A stretch of DNA of 64,000 nt from Sphagnum compactum. Lineage: Eukaryota. Below, piece after piece: positions 15,538 through 28,799 of the stretch (positions are counted from its first letter, which is position 1; each line of letters opens with the position of its first letter). Position numbers and translations under genes: made by a program. The stretch is from assembly GCA_965153455.1 (NCBI GenBank), contig OZ234494.1, forward strand, positions 7,750,001 through 7,814,000. Reading direction: 5' to 3'. Below the pieces are notes generated by a model that searched no databases, was not told where the DNA came from, and was given only the letters and a program-made list of their open reading frames with translations.

Positions 15538-16082
15538 ACAAAACCCTTAAGAAAGACTAAGAATGCTTGAGAGCAGTTTTTCAAAATCGTGAAAACAAAA
15601 AAAATAAATCCAATGTGGATGATCCAATTGCTTAGTCCTTTTGTGGATGATCGCCAACTCACCTACCTCACAAATTTCAAGAGAAAAATATGTTGGTTGA
15701 GAGTCGAGAAGTTTTCAGTTTTTGCAATAATATTGGTAGCGTAACACTTGACCAATGATTGCATAATATCGAGGATCCGCGTTACTACCGACACACACAC
15801 ACGCAGCAATAGCTGGGCAGGAGGAGAGGGATCAGCGAGCATTATCCATGATCCATCTGCTTTGCCTATCTCTTGCTGTAGAGCATACAGTTGCACGAAG
15901 TTGACGAGCCACGTCCAGATGCGGAAACCGTAGCTACTGCTTCAGGTGCATGTTATGAAGCTTGAAGGATCGGCGGCGACAGCAGCAGCGTGTTTGCGGT
16001 ATGGGAGGGTTGTTTAGGGTTTGGTGGTTTTATGCTCTTCTTTTCCGTGTCTTGTATCTTTGAGCGCGTCTGTCTGTCTGTC

Positions 16083-16085
<3 letters not shown>

Positions 16086-16113
<28 letters not shown>
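16086..16113 (+). repeat. (GA)14 microsatellite in the AKR 5' leader (probable 5'UTR intron ~15946-16122)
   Basis: Direct reading. CAG|GT at 15946 and TTTTAG at 16117-16122 suggest a UTR intron (inferred). Confidence 0.85.
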
Positions 16114-16116
<3 letters not shown>

Positions 16117-16135
16117 TTTTAGGTCGGCGATTTGA

Positions 16136-18672
16136 ATGGAGCGCAAGCGGGAGTCCTTTACTCTGAATACAGGGGCGAGGATACCGGCTGTAGGGTTAGG
16201 GACATGGCAAGCGGACGGAGCTTCATGCCAGGCTGCCGTGGCTACGGCCCTGGAAGTAGGGTACAGGCACCTGGACTGTGCGCATCTTTACGGCAACGAG
16301 ACCGATGTGGGCCAAGCTCTGTCTGAAGCTCTCAATGGTGGTGTGCCGGGGTTGAAGCGCGAGGATGTTTTCGTGACATCTAAGTTGTGGTGCACCACCA
16401 ACACTCCGAAGCGCATCGGGCGCGCGGTCGAAATCTCGCTCAAGAATTTAGGGTTGCAGTACCTGGACCTGTACCTGATGCACTGGCCTGTGTTTTCGCC
16501 TCTCGGTGATGCGACAGATCCTCCCTCGCACCGCAGTGAGGAGCTGATGAAGCCGCCCCCGCGACGGATGGAAGCGACGTGGCGGGCCATGGAGGACCTA
16601 GTGCGGAAAGGGCTCGTACGTGCCATAGGGCTCAGCAATTTTAACATCGCCCAGATGGAGGAGATTCTCAGTTATGCCAAAATTGTGCCTGCTGTGAATC
16701 AGGTAGGTCTGCATCACAAAGAAAATCATTTGCAAGACATTCGGCATTCTGGTTTTGAGGATTGGTACAAGCTGTGGCAAGGAACATTCAAAATGCACAA
16801 TTGACTCTCTTTATGCTGCCCTATGGTTCCAATTCCTTCATTGGGATGTTGATCTCTTTACCTACATGATCAGTTGTATGATTGAATTGAAAATCATGTT
16901 CAGCACATCAATTAATTCAGAAATGTGGTGTGTAACTGTAGTTTTTCAACCCCCACATATTATTTGAGGATTTGTTGAATTGCAGTCAGAATAGGAATGG
17001 GCTTAGTTAAGAACCCTAAACTCATTTTGTTCTTCAGAAGGTATTTTACACTACATGTCTTCAGTCTAGCCAACATCATGACTATGTCTTGTCTTTGCTT
17101 CAAAAAATTCAGCAGAAACTCAGGATGCCAATGTTTGTATCATTTGTTTGTGGCAAATTCTGAGCATATTGTCATTGGGAGTTCTGATGAAGTCATGGGA
17201 AGTAATGGCAGCTAGTCACTGCATTCATGATCAAGTCTGATACCTTGTGTGGGACACTCACAAGGTTGTGACTGCATTCATTCTTGTCCTGTTTGTTTTG
17301 TTTTGGCAGGAACTTGCACAAAAGTTACCTTCAAACTGTTATTTCATAGTTTTTTTTTGCAGTTGTGGATGTATAATCTTATCTGGGAAATAAGAATCTG
17401 ATGATGTCCAGCATTCTTGCTGCAACAGGTTGAGCTTCACCCTTTCTGGAGGCAAGATAAAGTCGTGCAGTTTTGTCAGTCAAGAGGGATTCACCTGTCA
17501 GCACACACACCACTTGGTATTCCAGGTGGGCGGGATTCTGGGTATGGTTCTTCTTCTGAAGATGAGGTGGAGTCCCCTGCTGCATCTATAGTCTATTCAA
17601 GGTCCCGATCTGTGCATGGCCCCATGCTGAAGAGTTCTGTTGTTGCTGATATTGCTGTACGACTTGGACGAACCCCTGCACAGGTGAACATTCTTCCCTT
17701 GGAATTTGTTGCCTGTAAGGTAAAATCACTGAAGTGGATGGGGAGTGATTCTATCTTGTCCCTGCTATCCAATGTGAATGTGAAAGTCTTGTACTTTGTG
17801 GGCTATAGTTACAGAGTTAAGGTTGCACTCTGTCCTGTTGTGTCTAGTTTAGATTATAAGCTGGATGATGCAGTAGTTGGTTACCTTACAGGTTTGTCTC
17901 CATATCCTGAAATAGTTTTTCATATGGATTGAATGGCTCTTCAAGGGTGTAACAGGCTATCTTTCTAGACTTCCATAAGGTCTTTCACTCAAATGTTTGC
18001 TTGTTACAGGAGATAGCTGAAGTGACAATCACATCGTCAAAACCGTACTCCCTTGTGTTGATCTATGGTCAGTAGTTTGTTGGTTAGATGCAAACTTTAG
18101 TTGGTTGCCTTAAGTGTATATGTGATTCAATTTTTCATTTCCATCAACGCAATGGCTACATCTTGGTATCTGTATCATGGAGTAAACTTTGTGTTCATAC
18201 TGTGATGTGTTTGGGGTTGCAAGTAATCCATGACTTCATGGAAAACTTCCAACAAATGTGGTGGTAATCGGAGGATATGATGGGTATGCAGGTTATACTG
18301 CGGTGGGGAGTGCAACGTGGGACAAGTGTGTTGCCTCGTAGTCTGCGATCAGACCACATCAAGGCTAACTTTGACATTCTCAACTGGTCTCTATCAGAGA
18401 GCGATTGGATGAAAATCAACACCCTAGAGCCACAGCTCCGACTGGTTGATGGGAACCACTCATATCTGTCGGAGATTGGGCCATTACAAGCAGTTGCAGA
18501 AACAGATGTAGAGTCAATTTCAGAGACAGATGTTGAGTCAATTCCGGAGACAGAGATTGAAGTGATTTCAGAGCCAGAAATGGAGTCAATCCCAGAGACA
18601 GAGAGTGAACCAATCTCTGAGTTGGAGACCGAAGCAGAGGCTGAACATGAGATAAATACTAGGTTGTATTAG
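16136..18672 (+). CDS. Aldo-keto reductase family protein (~400 aa); exons 16136-16702, 17429-17683, 18292-18672
   Basis: GARIPAVGLGTW; catalytic tetrad HLDCA (D), LYGNE (Y), TSKLW (K), LMHWP (H); GLVRAIGLSNF; PAVNQ|VELHPFW; TPAQ|VILRWGVQRG. Phase-0 GT-AG introns. Acidic repeat tail. Confidence 0.95.
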
Positions 18673-19204
18673 CTTCATCATGTACCCTGAAAGGTCGGAC
18701 AAGTGTTGGTGGTTTTTCAGGCAGGTGAGTGAAGTGATACAAGGCTTCACATTGTTTTAGGATTTATGGTGTTTCCAGGGTTCTGAGCTTTTATAGTGGG
18801 AATTGCTGATGATTTTTCTTCAAATTTCTTAAGTCAGTCAAATCCTTCTAGATATTGAACGTTCCGCTGCCTGGAACAGTCTCTGTTTGCAGGAGTTCAA
18901 GCTGCCAATCTTGAATTTCTGGGATTATGTACTTTTATAGTAGGTTTGCATAGATTTCTCTAAGGTCTCTAAGAAGTTTCCAGATGGTTTGTTACAATGT
19001 GATCCACACATTGTTCAGATACTCTTCCAGTTGTGAACAAAAGGAAGGTGGTGGGGCTTAGTGCAAAGTTTGGCTACATGTAATATACTTTTCATCAAAC
19101 AACTGTTTCCTCAATTGAAAGCTATTTTACTCTGCTTCTTGGAGGCAGCTTTGTTTCTTCCATCAAGCACGTATGAATGCTGTTGTTGACAGAACATGGG
19201 CTCA

Positions 19205-19275
19205 TGGTGTGGTGGTTTTGAACCTGCAACCACTTTTCAAGGTAGCCAGGAATCTAAACCAGCAGGCTAATGCTT
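19205..19275 (-). other. Possible degenerate tRNA-derived SINE head (Pol III A and B boxes)
   Basis: Minus strand TAGCCTGCTGG (19269-19259, A-box-like) and GGTTCAAAACC (19224-19214, B-box-like) 34 nt apart; no intact cloverleaf. Confidence 0.35.
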
Positions 19276-22200
19276 GAAGCCTCAGATCTGCTTTGAATGT
19301 TGGATGCAATTTCTATAGCATCTCTTCCTGAATTGGTTCAACTTTAAAACTTACTGCAGATTGTGATGGCTCAGGCTGTAGATTGTTTTGTCAAGCTGTG
19401 AGTGCATCAGTCCTCTGGACTCAATAACTTGCAATTCCAGGTCTGTCCTTCCCTCCACCTGGTGACAGTATCAAACCGTCACTGCAGTTAGTTAATTTTT
19501 GTCATAGGGGACTTGTACACAGTAACCAGTGTGCTGTTGCAAAATTCACAAACAATGGTGAAACATCTATCGCTAGAAGGAATACCTGGAAGGAATTTGA
19601 GTATATGTACTTGACCATCTATTCTACTAATCTGATGTTTGAGACAATCGTGAGAAGTGTATTTTTCTCATCCTTTTGCCTTCGTGTTGACATAGGAATT
19701 TATAGCAGCATGCTTAGATGCTGGTTATTTGTCATGTTTGGTGGACAATTGATCTGTACATCCCTATCTCTCCTCTTTCTTGTCTTCCCTTATGTGTACG
19801 TTGTTGTTTTATTTGGCAAACTTTTTGGATCCAAATCTCATCAGTTTGCGATCTCTTATGCATTTTTAGCTGTTGCTAAGGAAGATAGAAAGAGAGGGGG
19901 GGGGAGGGGGGTGGGTAGGGGTGTTCTTGATTATACATGCACAATGGCTAGTGATGGTTTGAAAGTAGGAAACTCCAGTGAGGTTCCTTGTCCTACCTTT
20001 GGACTTACAATGAAGAAGACTGTTTGCTGTTGTCACTTGTTTTCATTTTTTTGGTCATTTGTTGTCTTTGTATGTTTTGTGGGTGTTAAGGCATCAGACT
20101 AGACATGTGTCTCTCTTTCCACAAAGCACATAGGTGCATGCAAGAGTGTGAAATTGTTGACAAGTGATGGGATTACCTGGTGTATGTGGATCTTTGATCA
20201 TCTTCATCTTCTTAGGAAATTGTGTTATTATGTATGTTATTTTATTGAGAGTCTTGGTTTAGGTTTAAGCTGTTCAGTTTGTAACAGTTGTGATTTTTTG
20301 AATCTTTTCTGATCGGAAGATTGCATGCTTATCTGTCCAATGGATGGTGCTTCAACTTTGTAAGAAATCTGTATATCTTAGTGCACCCCTCTTATCTGTA
20401 ATTTCTCTCTTATGGCTACCAATGAGCAAGGTGGTGGTAACGTTGATGTCTTTGACAAGCCTTCTCAACCAGAATATGCAGTCATTAACATGATCTTGGT
20501 CTTCTTGTTCTCTTTTAGGTTTTGTTGAGCTAGCTACTGTCATGGCCAAGCCTTCCTGTTACTGGCAGTATTGTGACAAACTCAGTACATTGGTTACTAA
20601 TTTCAACAAGTGCTGGGAGCTGATCACTACCATGTATGTTGCTGTTGAAGGTATGTTGACCTCTCTACTCACTGCTGGGAGCTGACCCCTACTATACATC
20701 TTGAAGGTATCTGAACATGTGTGTAACTGTTGTTGCTGTTGTCCCAACTGCTCCTAAGTTTTTGTTTTTGGTTTTCTCTGTTCTTTATGTTTGGGTTTCC
20801 TCTTTTTCCAGTTTGCTAATATCTTGTCAGTTTTGGAACCTCTAGAACCTTGTGATAGCTTAACCTCTAAATTGTAAGTGTAGGGAAGTTCTAGTACTTT
20901 TAGGGTTTTTTACAGAGTGTTAGATCTTGCTGGGTACTTCAGGTGATGCTGCTTCAAGAAAGGAAGTTTGCATTTATGGAGGTGTGAAATGATGACAAGT
21001 CTAGCTACTGCTTGTGATGGTAATCATATTTGAGGTATGTTTACTTTACTATAATGTAGTTGGGAAGTACAACTCAAAGTTTGCTTGGATCATGTGTCTA
21101 GGATGAAAACTCTGTATCATGTCTCTATTGTTGCTTGATCAATAAGCCTCCTTCCTCAAACCACTTTCTTTTGAGAAATACTCCAGTGTCACCGGCAGCA
21201 GTATCTGTGGATAGATATGGTTTCATTGAAAAAGAGGAAACACAACCCCAAAGAACAGATCTTGGTCTGAGATTACATGATTCTTTATTCTCAAATACTT
21301 ATTTTGTTTGTTCTTGTCTCATGTGTTTTGCATGGAGATTCAATCAGAAAATTGAAAAGAGGACTCTTCACATTGTCCATAGTGGAATCCTATGCCTGCC
21401 TTTGTCCTCTAATTTTGTTTTTCTGTCTGTCTTATGTGATCCTTTTCTTCTATGTCTGCATGTTTGTGTCATCTATAAGTCATTATTTTTCGTCTTTTTT
21501 TTTTTTGGAGTGCTGCTGGAGGTGCTGGAGATGGTCCTGACCATGCTTTTGTTGGAGGATTGCCTTAATATTTGTCAGAGGCCCAGATCAAGGTGTTGCT
21601 CAAGTGATTTGGGCATGCAACTGACTACCAGAACAAGTTGCTGCTGTGCCTTTTCTGATTCTTTTCTTGTTAGGTGTTAGTGTTGTTATTCGTTACAATA
21701 AATCCAGGTGTTGTTTGAGCTGTGAGGTCTTGTTTGGTTGAGTGCCTGTTGCCTGCTAGCCAGCATCGTTGCTGATTCTTCCTCTTGCTTACAGAAACTT
21801 GACAGAAACTCAGGATGCAGATGTTTGTAGAATGGTTTGCCTGGAATTTGGGGCTGACTAATATATACCTATTTACACCTTCTGTCAGGAGCTGATAAAG
21901 TCAGTTGGGGAATCATGGGAGCTCATCACTGCTATTCACGATGATGATGGTCTGACATGTCATGATCAACTCTCATGAGGTTACGATCTCTCACTCATTG
22001 TCATGCTACCTTCCAAAGTCTTGTTGTGCAGTTTTCTCCACAATCTTATAGATATTGTATCATCTGTGTATTTTTCTTATACCATGTTTTTAAGGTTTCT
22101 GCAACTTTTTTGAAATTGCAGGATCCAGTTGTAACAGACACTGCTATTGCAGCACAAGACTTCAAAAATATGTGACATGCACTTAACAACACTTGCGTGT

Positions 22201-22837
22201 GTCATGCATCTACCAGGTGGGTTGCAGCATAGTTGCTCTCTCATTTTTGGCTTTTCCTTGTCGGTCCAGTCTGTGAGGACCTGTTGTTTGTTGTGGGTTT
22301 TCTTCCTGCACAATTGAGGCCACAATTGAGGGAATGAGGAGAAACTAATGATGCTGCATCAATGCAGGAGGGCTGGTTTTCATCTGGTCCAATGCCCAAA
22401 GCTTGACTTTTGCCCTGTGTAGTTTTGCATGTTGATAAGATCTGTAATAGACTTTGATTTGATACCACAAAGACACTGAGTAGATATGCTAATGTTCAAC
22501 ATGAAGGTATGTCAAGAGACAGATCATCTATGTGCAGCATAAACCTCTACATGCCAAAGTTTTATGCAACTGTATGCTGTACTCTAGAATCCAAACAAAG
22601 GTGTAGACAGCAAAGCTGCCTCAAGGAAGGTCCCTTGAAGTTTGAGCAATCTGAACTGTTCATATGACTGAAGAGTTCCCCCAACATCCAAGAGTCCTTT
22701 TCAATTGAAACTTACTGGAGCCCAAGCTTTGTTGAAATACTCTGATGAATGTCTAGTTACTTCTGATTCATCCTTGCTAACATTCTATATTGTGCACACA
22801 ATATTACATAGAACAGATTCCATTGTAGGAGGTTAGG

Positions 22838-23009
22838 TCTAGGTATCTCTGTGATGAGTGTGGACATTTTAGAAAAGTTTGATAAGTCTTTCTAATAGTT
22901 GCTAGAATATTTGGGTGCTGGAGATCTAGGTATCTCTGTGATGAGTGTGGACGTTTTAGAAAAGTTTGATAAGTCTTTCTAACAGTTGCTAGAATATTTG
23001 GGTGCTGGA
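22838..23009. repeat. Tandem duplication, 87-bp period, 2 copies
   Basis: TCTAGGTATCTCTGTGATGAGTGTGGAC...GGGTGCTGGA at 22838 and 22925, about 2 mismatches. Confidence 0.9.
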
Positions 23010-26000
23010 TTTGGTGATGCAGGAAACCTTGCAAAGCTCATAATTCTCGGACCATTTGAGGAAGTCCCTGTTTGCAGCAAGGTGTGTATACTGTATTTAA
23101 TCCTCTCACTTTATTGTGGGAGCTTTGCCTGTCAAGATTATTCTAGTAGTGTTGTAAATTAAGAGATGGGAATGTGTGCAAATTCTGAGCATTTCTTGGT
23201 TCTTCCTTCCTGGTAAACAGTTCTGTTCTGAATGCTCTTTTAAACTTTAATGTCTTTGTGATTTCGAGTAAAGATCCACCAGAAATTTCCTAGTGTATTT
23301 GGACATGTTATAACACAGTTTTTCCACGGGCAGCAGAGCAGACATTATGATCTTGGAGCTGGCTGTTGTGACTTTGGAGCGGGCTTTACAATTTTGTGTT
23401 GTGCCTTGTAAAATCTGCCTATGCTTAAAGAAAATTTCTGGCAGATCTTTACTCTGGGTAAAGCCCTTGATCTCAGACTTTATTACCCTAAGCTTAATGT
23501 TTTGCACTCCTACACAGGTACTGAAACTACTCATCGCACCATGTGCTTCTAAGTGTAAATGAGTGTTGTGTGGGCAGCACTTCATTCAGACTGGTTGTTT
23601 CACTACCATTTGAAGGGATTGTGGTTTTCAAAATGTTCAGGCAATTGTCTACCAAGTAGGCTTGTAACCCATGGTTTAGTGCCTTTAGAGTTTAGCCTGG
23701 ATTACACCAACATGGAGATGTTGTGCTTTGATCAAGAAGAATAAAAACCATGTTGCAACATTATGGCTTAACTTGAGTCTTTTGAATAGAATGTTAGAAG
23801 GAATTTGCATTTATTTTGTGCCTCATTAAAAAAAATGGTGATATTATTAAGCAAGAGATTGAAAGGGTCTCTTCAGATGAAAAGAGAAACGGGGCATTTA
23901 AAAGAAATAAAACCAAAAGAAAGCTCTTTTTGTTTTTTTTAGTTGAAATAATTTAGGTGGGAAAAAATTATATATTCTCCTTTTTTTTTAAAGCACTTTT
24001 TTCATGCTCACTTCTGATTTGGTCCCCAATTTTGACCACTCTATGAATGACTGTATTATGAGCAATGCTTTTTCATATATGAATTAACGTTTGTGTAATT
24101 TGAACAGCTCACAAATTAAACACTCACACATTAAACACTCACAAATGCTCTGCTTTGGCACTACCAACCATAGTACCATGGCAAGTTCAACATTGCAGTG
24201 TCGAATACTTGTTTTTATTTTGAAGCTTCCATGCTGAAAAGTATAATAATTTTCAGAAAATTTTAAAAGATTATCTAATTTTCTTTTTGACAAATTTTCT
24301 GTTCTTTGAAGAAAAAAAATTTGGTTGAAAATTTCAACATTTCTGAAAATAATATAATTAGTGTGGAAGCTGCCAAGGTACTACAAATATTTAACTAGAG
24401 AAACACGGATAGTGTATCTATGTCTTCTAGACCATGTATTGTCACTCTACACACCACCTCTGGTGGCAGAATTGGCACCGATTGCAGATTCTGGCTCTGA
24501 ATATGACCACAACAAAAGCTTAATCAGCCACCCCTGCATTACAGAACGGTTAACCCCTAAACGGTCAGGGCAGACCAATTTGGTCCACTTTTCAGTGTAT
24601 ATTTGTCTACCCAGAAAACAATAACTTAGCTAGAACTTTTCTGAAGGATAATGTGACAATCTCTCCAGACAATAATACTAGCTACCTATCCATGGAGTAA
24701 TATTGGAGCTCTGAAATAGCTACGCATTCTAATTGGCCGTAACCAGCTTTCCCTCTCAATCTGCCTTAAGAAAATTTATACACAGCACAACGAATGTGTG
24801 AAACACAGATTTGCATTACGGGAACTTGAAGATCAAAAACTAGAACTGGTCCCTACTCCCGACATGAAGGACCCATCTCATAGCCCTACACAATGACCAT
24901 TCCTTGGACATGGCAAATTGAGATGGTGATGGGAAGTGGGTACCACATGGCAACCCAATAATGTTGACTTTAACATGGCATAGATGGCGAGTTAGAATGA
25001 GATCGTCACATTCGAATTATTTGCTTTCACTTAGGATCAAGCCGAAATTCAGTTTATAGATATTCTCTTAGTTAATATCTTATTGCTACCCCACAACACA
25101 AAAAGGGTAGTTGCAAGAAAATATACGTGGAACACCTTTGACCTGCTTATCCTTCAATGAGGGAAAATTTGTTCAAACTATCCCAATTATGATGATTAAG
25201 AGATGAAATAGTGATTGTGTACCATTCACAAGAGATAGGCTGAATTTATCTCAATGGACAACATAGTCATTTTAAATGATGATGTGAACTACTATCACAA
25301 AAAGAAGGTTGAATTTAGTTCAGTTCCCAATGTTTTCATTAAGTCATGTCTGCAAATGATAAGGTGAAGATCAACCATCACACTCACAAGATAACCTCCC
25401 ATACTGAAATGAACTCGACCTGGACATTGTATTTTGAGTAACTATTCCAACACAAAATTACGATGGCCCACATTTAGACAACTACATGAACAAAAGGTCA
25501 TGTGTGTGGGTTCCATTTGACACAAGCAAATAGGTGGTTCAATTGAGAAGGGTTTTAATGACAATGATATCTCCAAAGTGGTTTTCATTCTATCTATATA
25601 TTTTTACCAAGAGTTAATTCTATCTCAAATTATGCTCGGTGTTATCTCATGAGTAATTTCAGCCTTTTTCTACAATGACTCTCCGATGCTTTGCACATCA
25701 TACACTCCATTTAGATAACCTTGGGTAGAGAATTAAAATGTTATAAACTCCAACAAGTTAGCTGAATCTACTTAACAAGTTCATTGATCTTATGTTAAGG
25801 ACATTTTATTTTTTGGTTTTTTTCATGTGGTTCCTTTATCATATCAGCTTGGACATGGCAATAGGTTGATAAAGTACTCCACAATTTTTATTATTGGAGA
25901 AAAATGATGAATACCTCAAAATATCTTACATAATTGTTTTTTTTCAAAAAAATTCCCAAATTATAGTGGGATGCAAGACTTGTGGTACCTTAATATTGAC

Positions 26001-28799
26001 TACTTATAAACGTATTTTTTTTTGTGGGTTATTGGGTTAAATCCAATTCCCAACTCAACATAGGAAAACACAAAGTGATCCCTTTCAATAAATTGGTATT
26101 CTAAACAACATCAATATAATAGCCAGAGTGCCAGGGACTCATTAGGTCATGATGCTGAGTGTGCTTCATCAAAGGACTTGGTTACGTAATTTAAGGAAAA
26201 GACAAGTAGCACAAAACAAACATTCAAAATCCAAAACATTAAACATGTCTTATAATCAAGATGAAGACTGAAAACATAACAATAGCCTCAAAGTTCACAG
26301 AACAATATTTAATGTAATCATTGGGCAACTTTTAATCATGGTAGCTTTGATGTCTACCTAAGAGAGAGAATGCAGAGAACTAGGAGACAATGAAGCCCTA
26401 AACCCTAAACCCTAAACCAAAGAGGTAATGATCTCGAGTTTATAGGTGTAACTTCAAGAGCTGCTTTCAAGTGGAGATAGGTAGCATAATCACCTTGCTT
26501 TGGCACTTTCCCTTTACAACCTACCATATTGATCTGCTGATGATAATAATGATGTTGTTGATGTTGACTTATAATGTACAATAATACTAACCCTAGAAAT
26601 GATGAAGGTCTCTGACTCTCCCATACTTCTTAAATGGGTATAAAGCAGCTTGCAACTCAAAGGAAGAGAAACCCAAAACAGATTTGTAGTACATTATGTT
26701 TTGCTTGCTACTACAGCTTTGTAACTTGATTGTTCAGAGGACTGCTTCTTAAGAAATGTAGGAAGGTACTATGCCATCGATATTGGGTTGCCTGGGTATT
26801 CTACTCAGGCATCTGACAAATAATTTGTGTGCTTTTTAAGTCTCAGATTGTCTGCTTCTGATGATGGTATGTTTGGCTTGCCTTATAAGACATTACCAGT
26901 TGTCATGCTTACATTCCATGCTGCAGATTGCCTTGTAGAGATTGTGGTAAATAACTACACATTTGATGGATGCTCCAAAGAAATTTCAGGTACCAGATTC
27001 CCTCACAAGTAACCATTCCCTCAGGAAATTGAGCTTGATCTACAGTTCCATAAATGACTTTGCTATATTTGTCTGCTACAATGATCACAAATTCTATTGT
27101 TGAACAAGATATGTTCTACATAATTCCAAAGATCAATTGATCTGATATGATGGGTGAGGGTGGGGGGTGGGGGGGGTGTATTCAGGATTGGTATACCACG
27201 ACCCCATCAGAGTGGAGATGCATAAATCCCAACTTGCAAACACTGCACAAAGTGTGCTGACAATGAGGTTGCAACGGTGTTTGTCACGGAGTTCAACCCT
27301 CCAGGACAATGACAACAACCAAAATGGATGAAACCATCTCACACCTCATGTCAGGAGCTTCAAAACTTTTGATCTGTAGGTCGCATGCAGAATTACACAA
27401 AAAATTGCATTAGACTAGACCTGCTGCAGGTTGTGATGAAGGTTATCTTGAAGCAGTTGTTGCCCACAGTTTACAAATGTTGAGAATGGGTCAGGTTGTG
27501 TGACTGAGGTATGAACCCTAGTAATTCTTTGGAGCATAAATCAAGTATGTAGTTATATACGCTAGCTCTATGAAGCGTCCTGCAATGTCGACAGTAACCA
27601 CGAGGACTTGTATTGGGACGTCTGGTAGTCCATATACCACCTATGGTAGCATACGGTTAAGTAGGGTACACATGTATGTATCTGTGGACATGTTTCTTCT
27701 TTTATATGAAGTCCTGGCAAAACTTAGGCAGCAGGCTCAAAAGATGTCAGTAACTGTACAAACAACGTTGACTATAAATGCTCACGTATTGGGTTGATAA
27801 TTTCTCATGTGTGTTTCTCTTATATTTTGCAGATGTCCATAGCAAATTGCTGAACTTTTTATTGCATTGTATAATGTTTATGCCAACAAATTGAAAATGC
27901 CATGGTCCTTAAGGTAGAGAAAGAAAGTTCCACCCAATGGAAGGAATGTTATGCTACTACCTGGAGCTATACAGTGAAGCAATCTAATTAGAAATGGAGT
28001 AGGACACATTTTGAAAATGTTTTAGGGTTAGGGTTACACAACGTACTTCTTCACATATACTTAGAAACCTTGAATCCGTACATAAAAAACGTTCTGAGAA
28101 GGGAGTATGGCATTTTTTGTTACACTGTGCGCACGTAAGTTCAAGAAGGTCTTGACAGCGGCGGGCAGAGTACTCACATGTGTGATGCGAACAGGCACCT
28201 TGCAAGGATGTTGGCTGAACACATTAGAGCAGCATACAAACATGCCCACAATTGTGAAAACAGTTCTGGAAGCAAAATCTACAGCATTGCATTGAATAAC
28301 ACACCTGCATGCAAGGATCAGATTTACGAAAGCAGGGATCATGAGTTGTCTAAATGGCACAGATCCGATCACAGTTTCAAAATGGAGTAACATCGTGTAC
28401 TTATACAAAACTTAATCATCAAAATTTCCAAAGATTTAAAGCAAAGAATAGACAAACACAACACCATCAACCATGTATATGGTGACTTCAAACCTTTTTA
28501 TCCTCATGATGTGGTGGTCCCTGGCCCGACTAAAATCTTATTGGACTTTTTGGATTTTTCGTATTTTTGTCACATTTTGTTACATGCATACAATTGCATA
28601 TTTTGGTATCTCAATATGTCATTTCCATTGATATCTTTGTCCAATCATTTTTTCATTTTGGCATATCTTTCAAAAAAATTCCCACATTATTTCCCCATAT
28701 TTTGGCAATTTTTTCCATCTCTCCCATATGACTACAACACAAAAGGTTTTGTCTTTTATAAAAGTCGAAAAATTAAAATGACATTAGATGAATCAAGAT

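Noticed and set aside
16288-16647. Antisense and alternative-frame ORFs over AKR exon 1, pol and BAHD
   Set aside because: Shadows of GC-rich coding sequence with no independent motifs.
19895-19922. G-rich potential quadruplex (also 27151-27177)
   Set aside because: Simple G-runs with no functional context.
19605-21680. 165-aa and 181-aa hydrophobic ORFs
   Set aside because: Phe/Leu/Cys/Val-rich composition is typical of T-rich non-coding DNA; no domain recognised beyond the short DRYGF peptide.
26396-26418. (CCCTAAA)3 as a telomere remnant; similar at ~46287-46303
   Set aside because: Only 2-3 units; such telo-box-like motifs are common interstitially.
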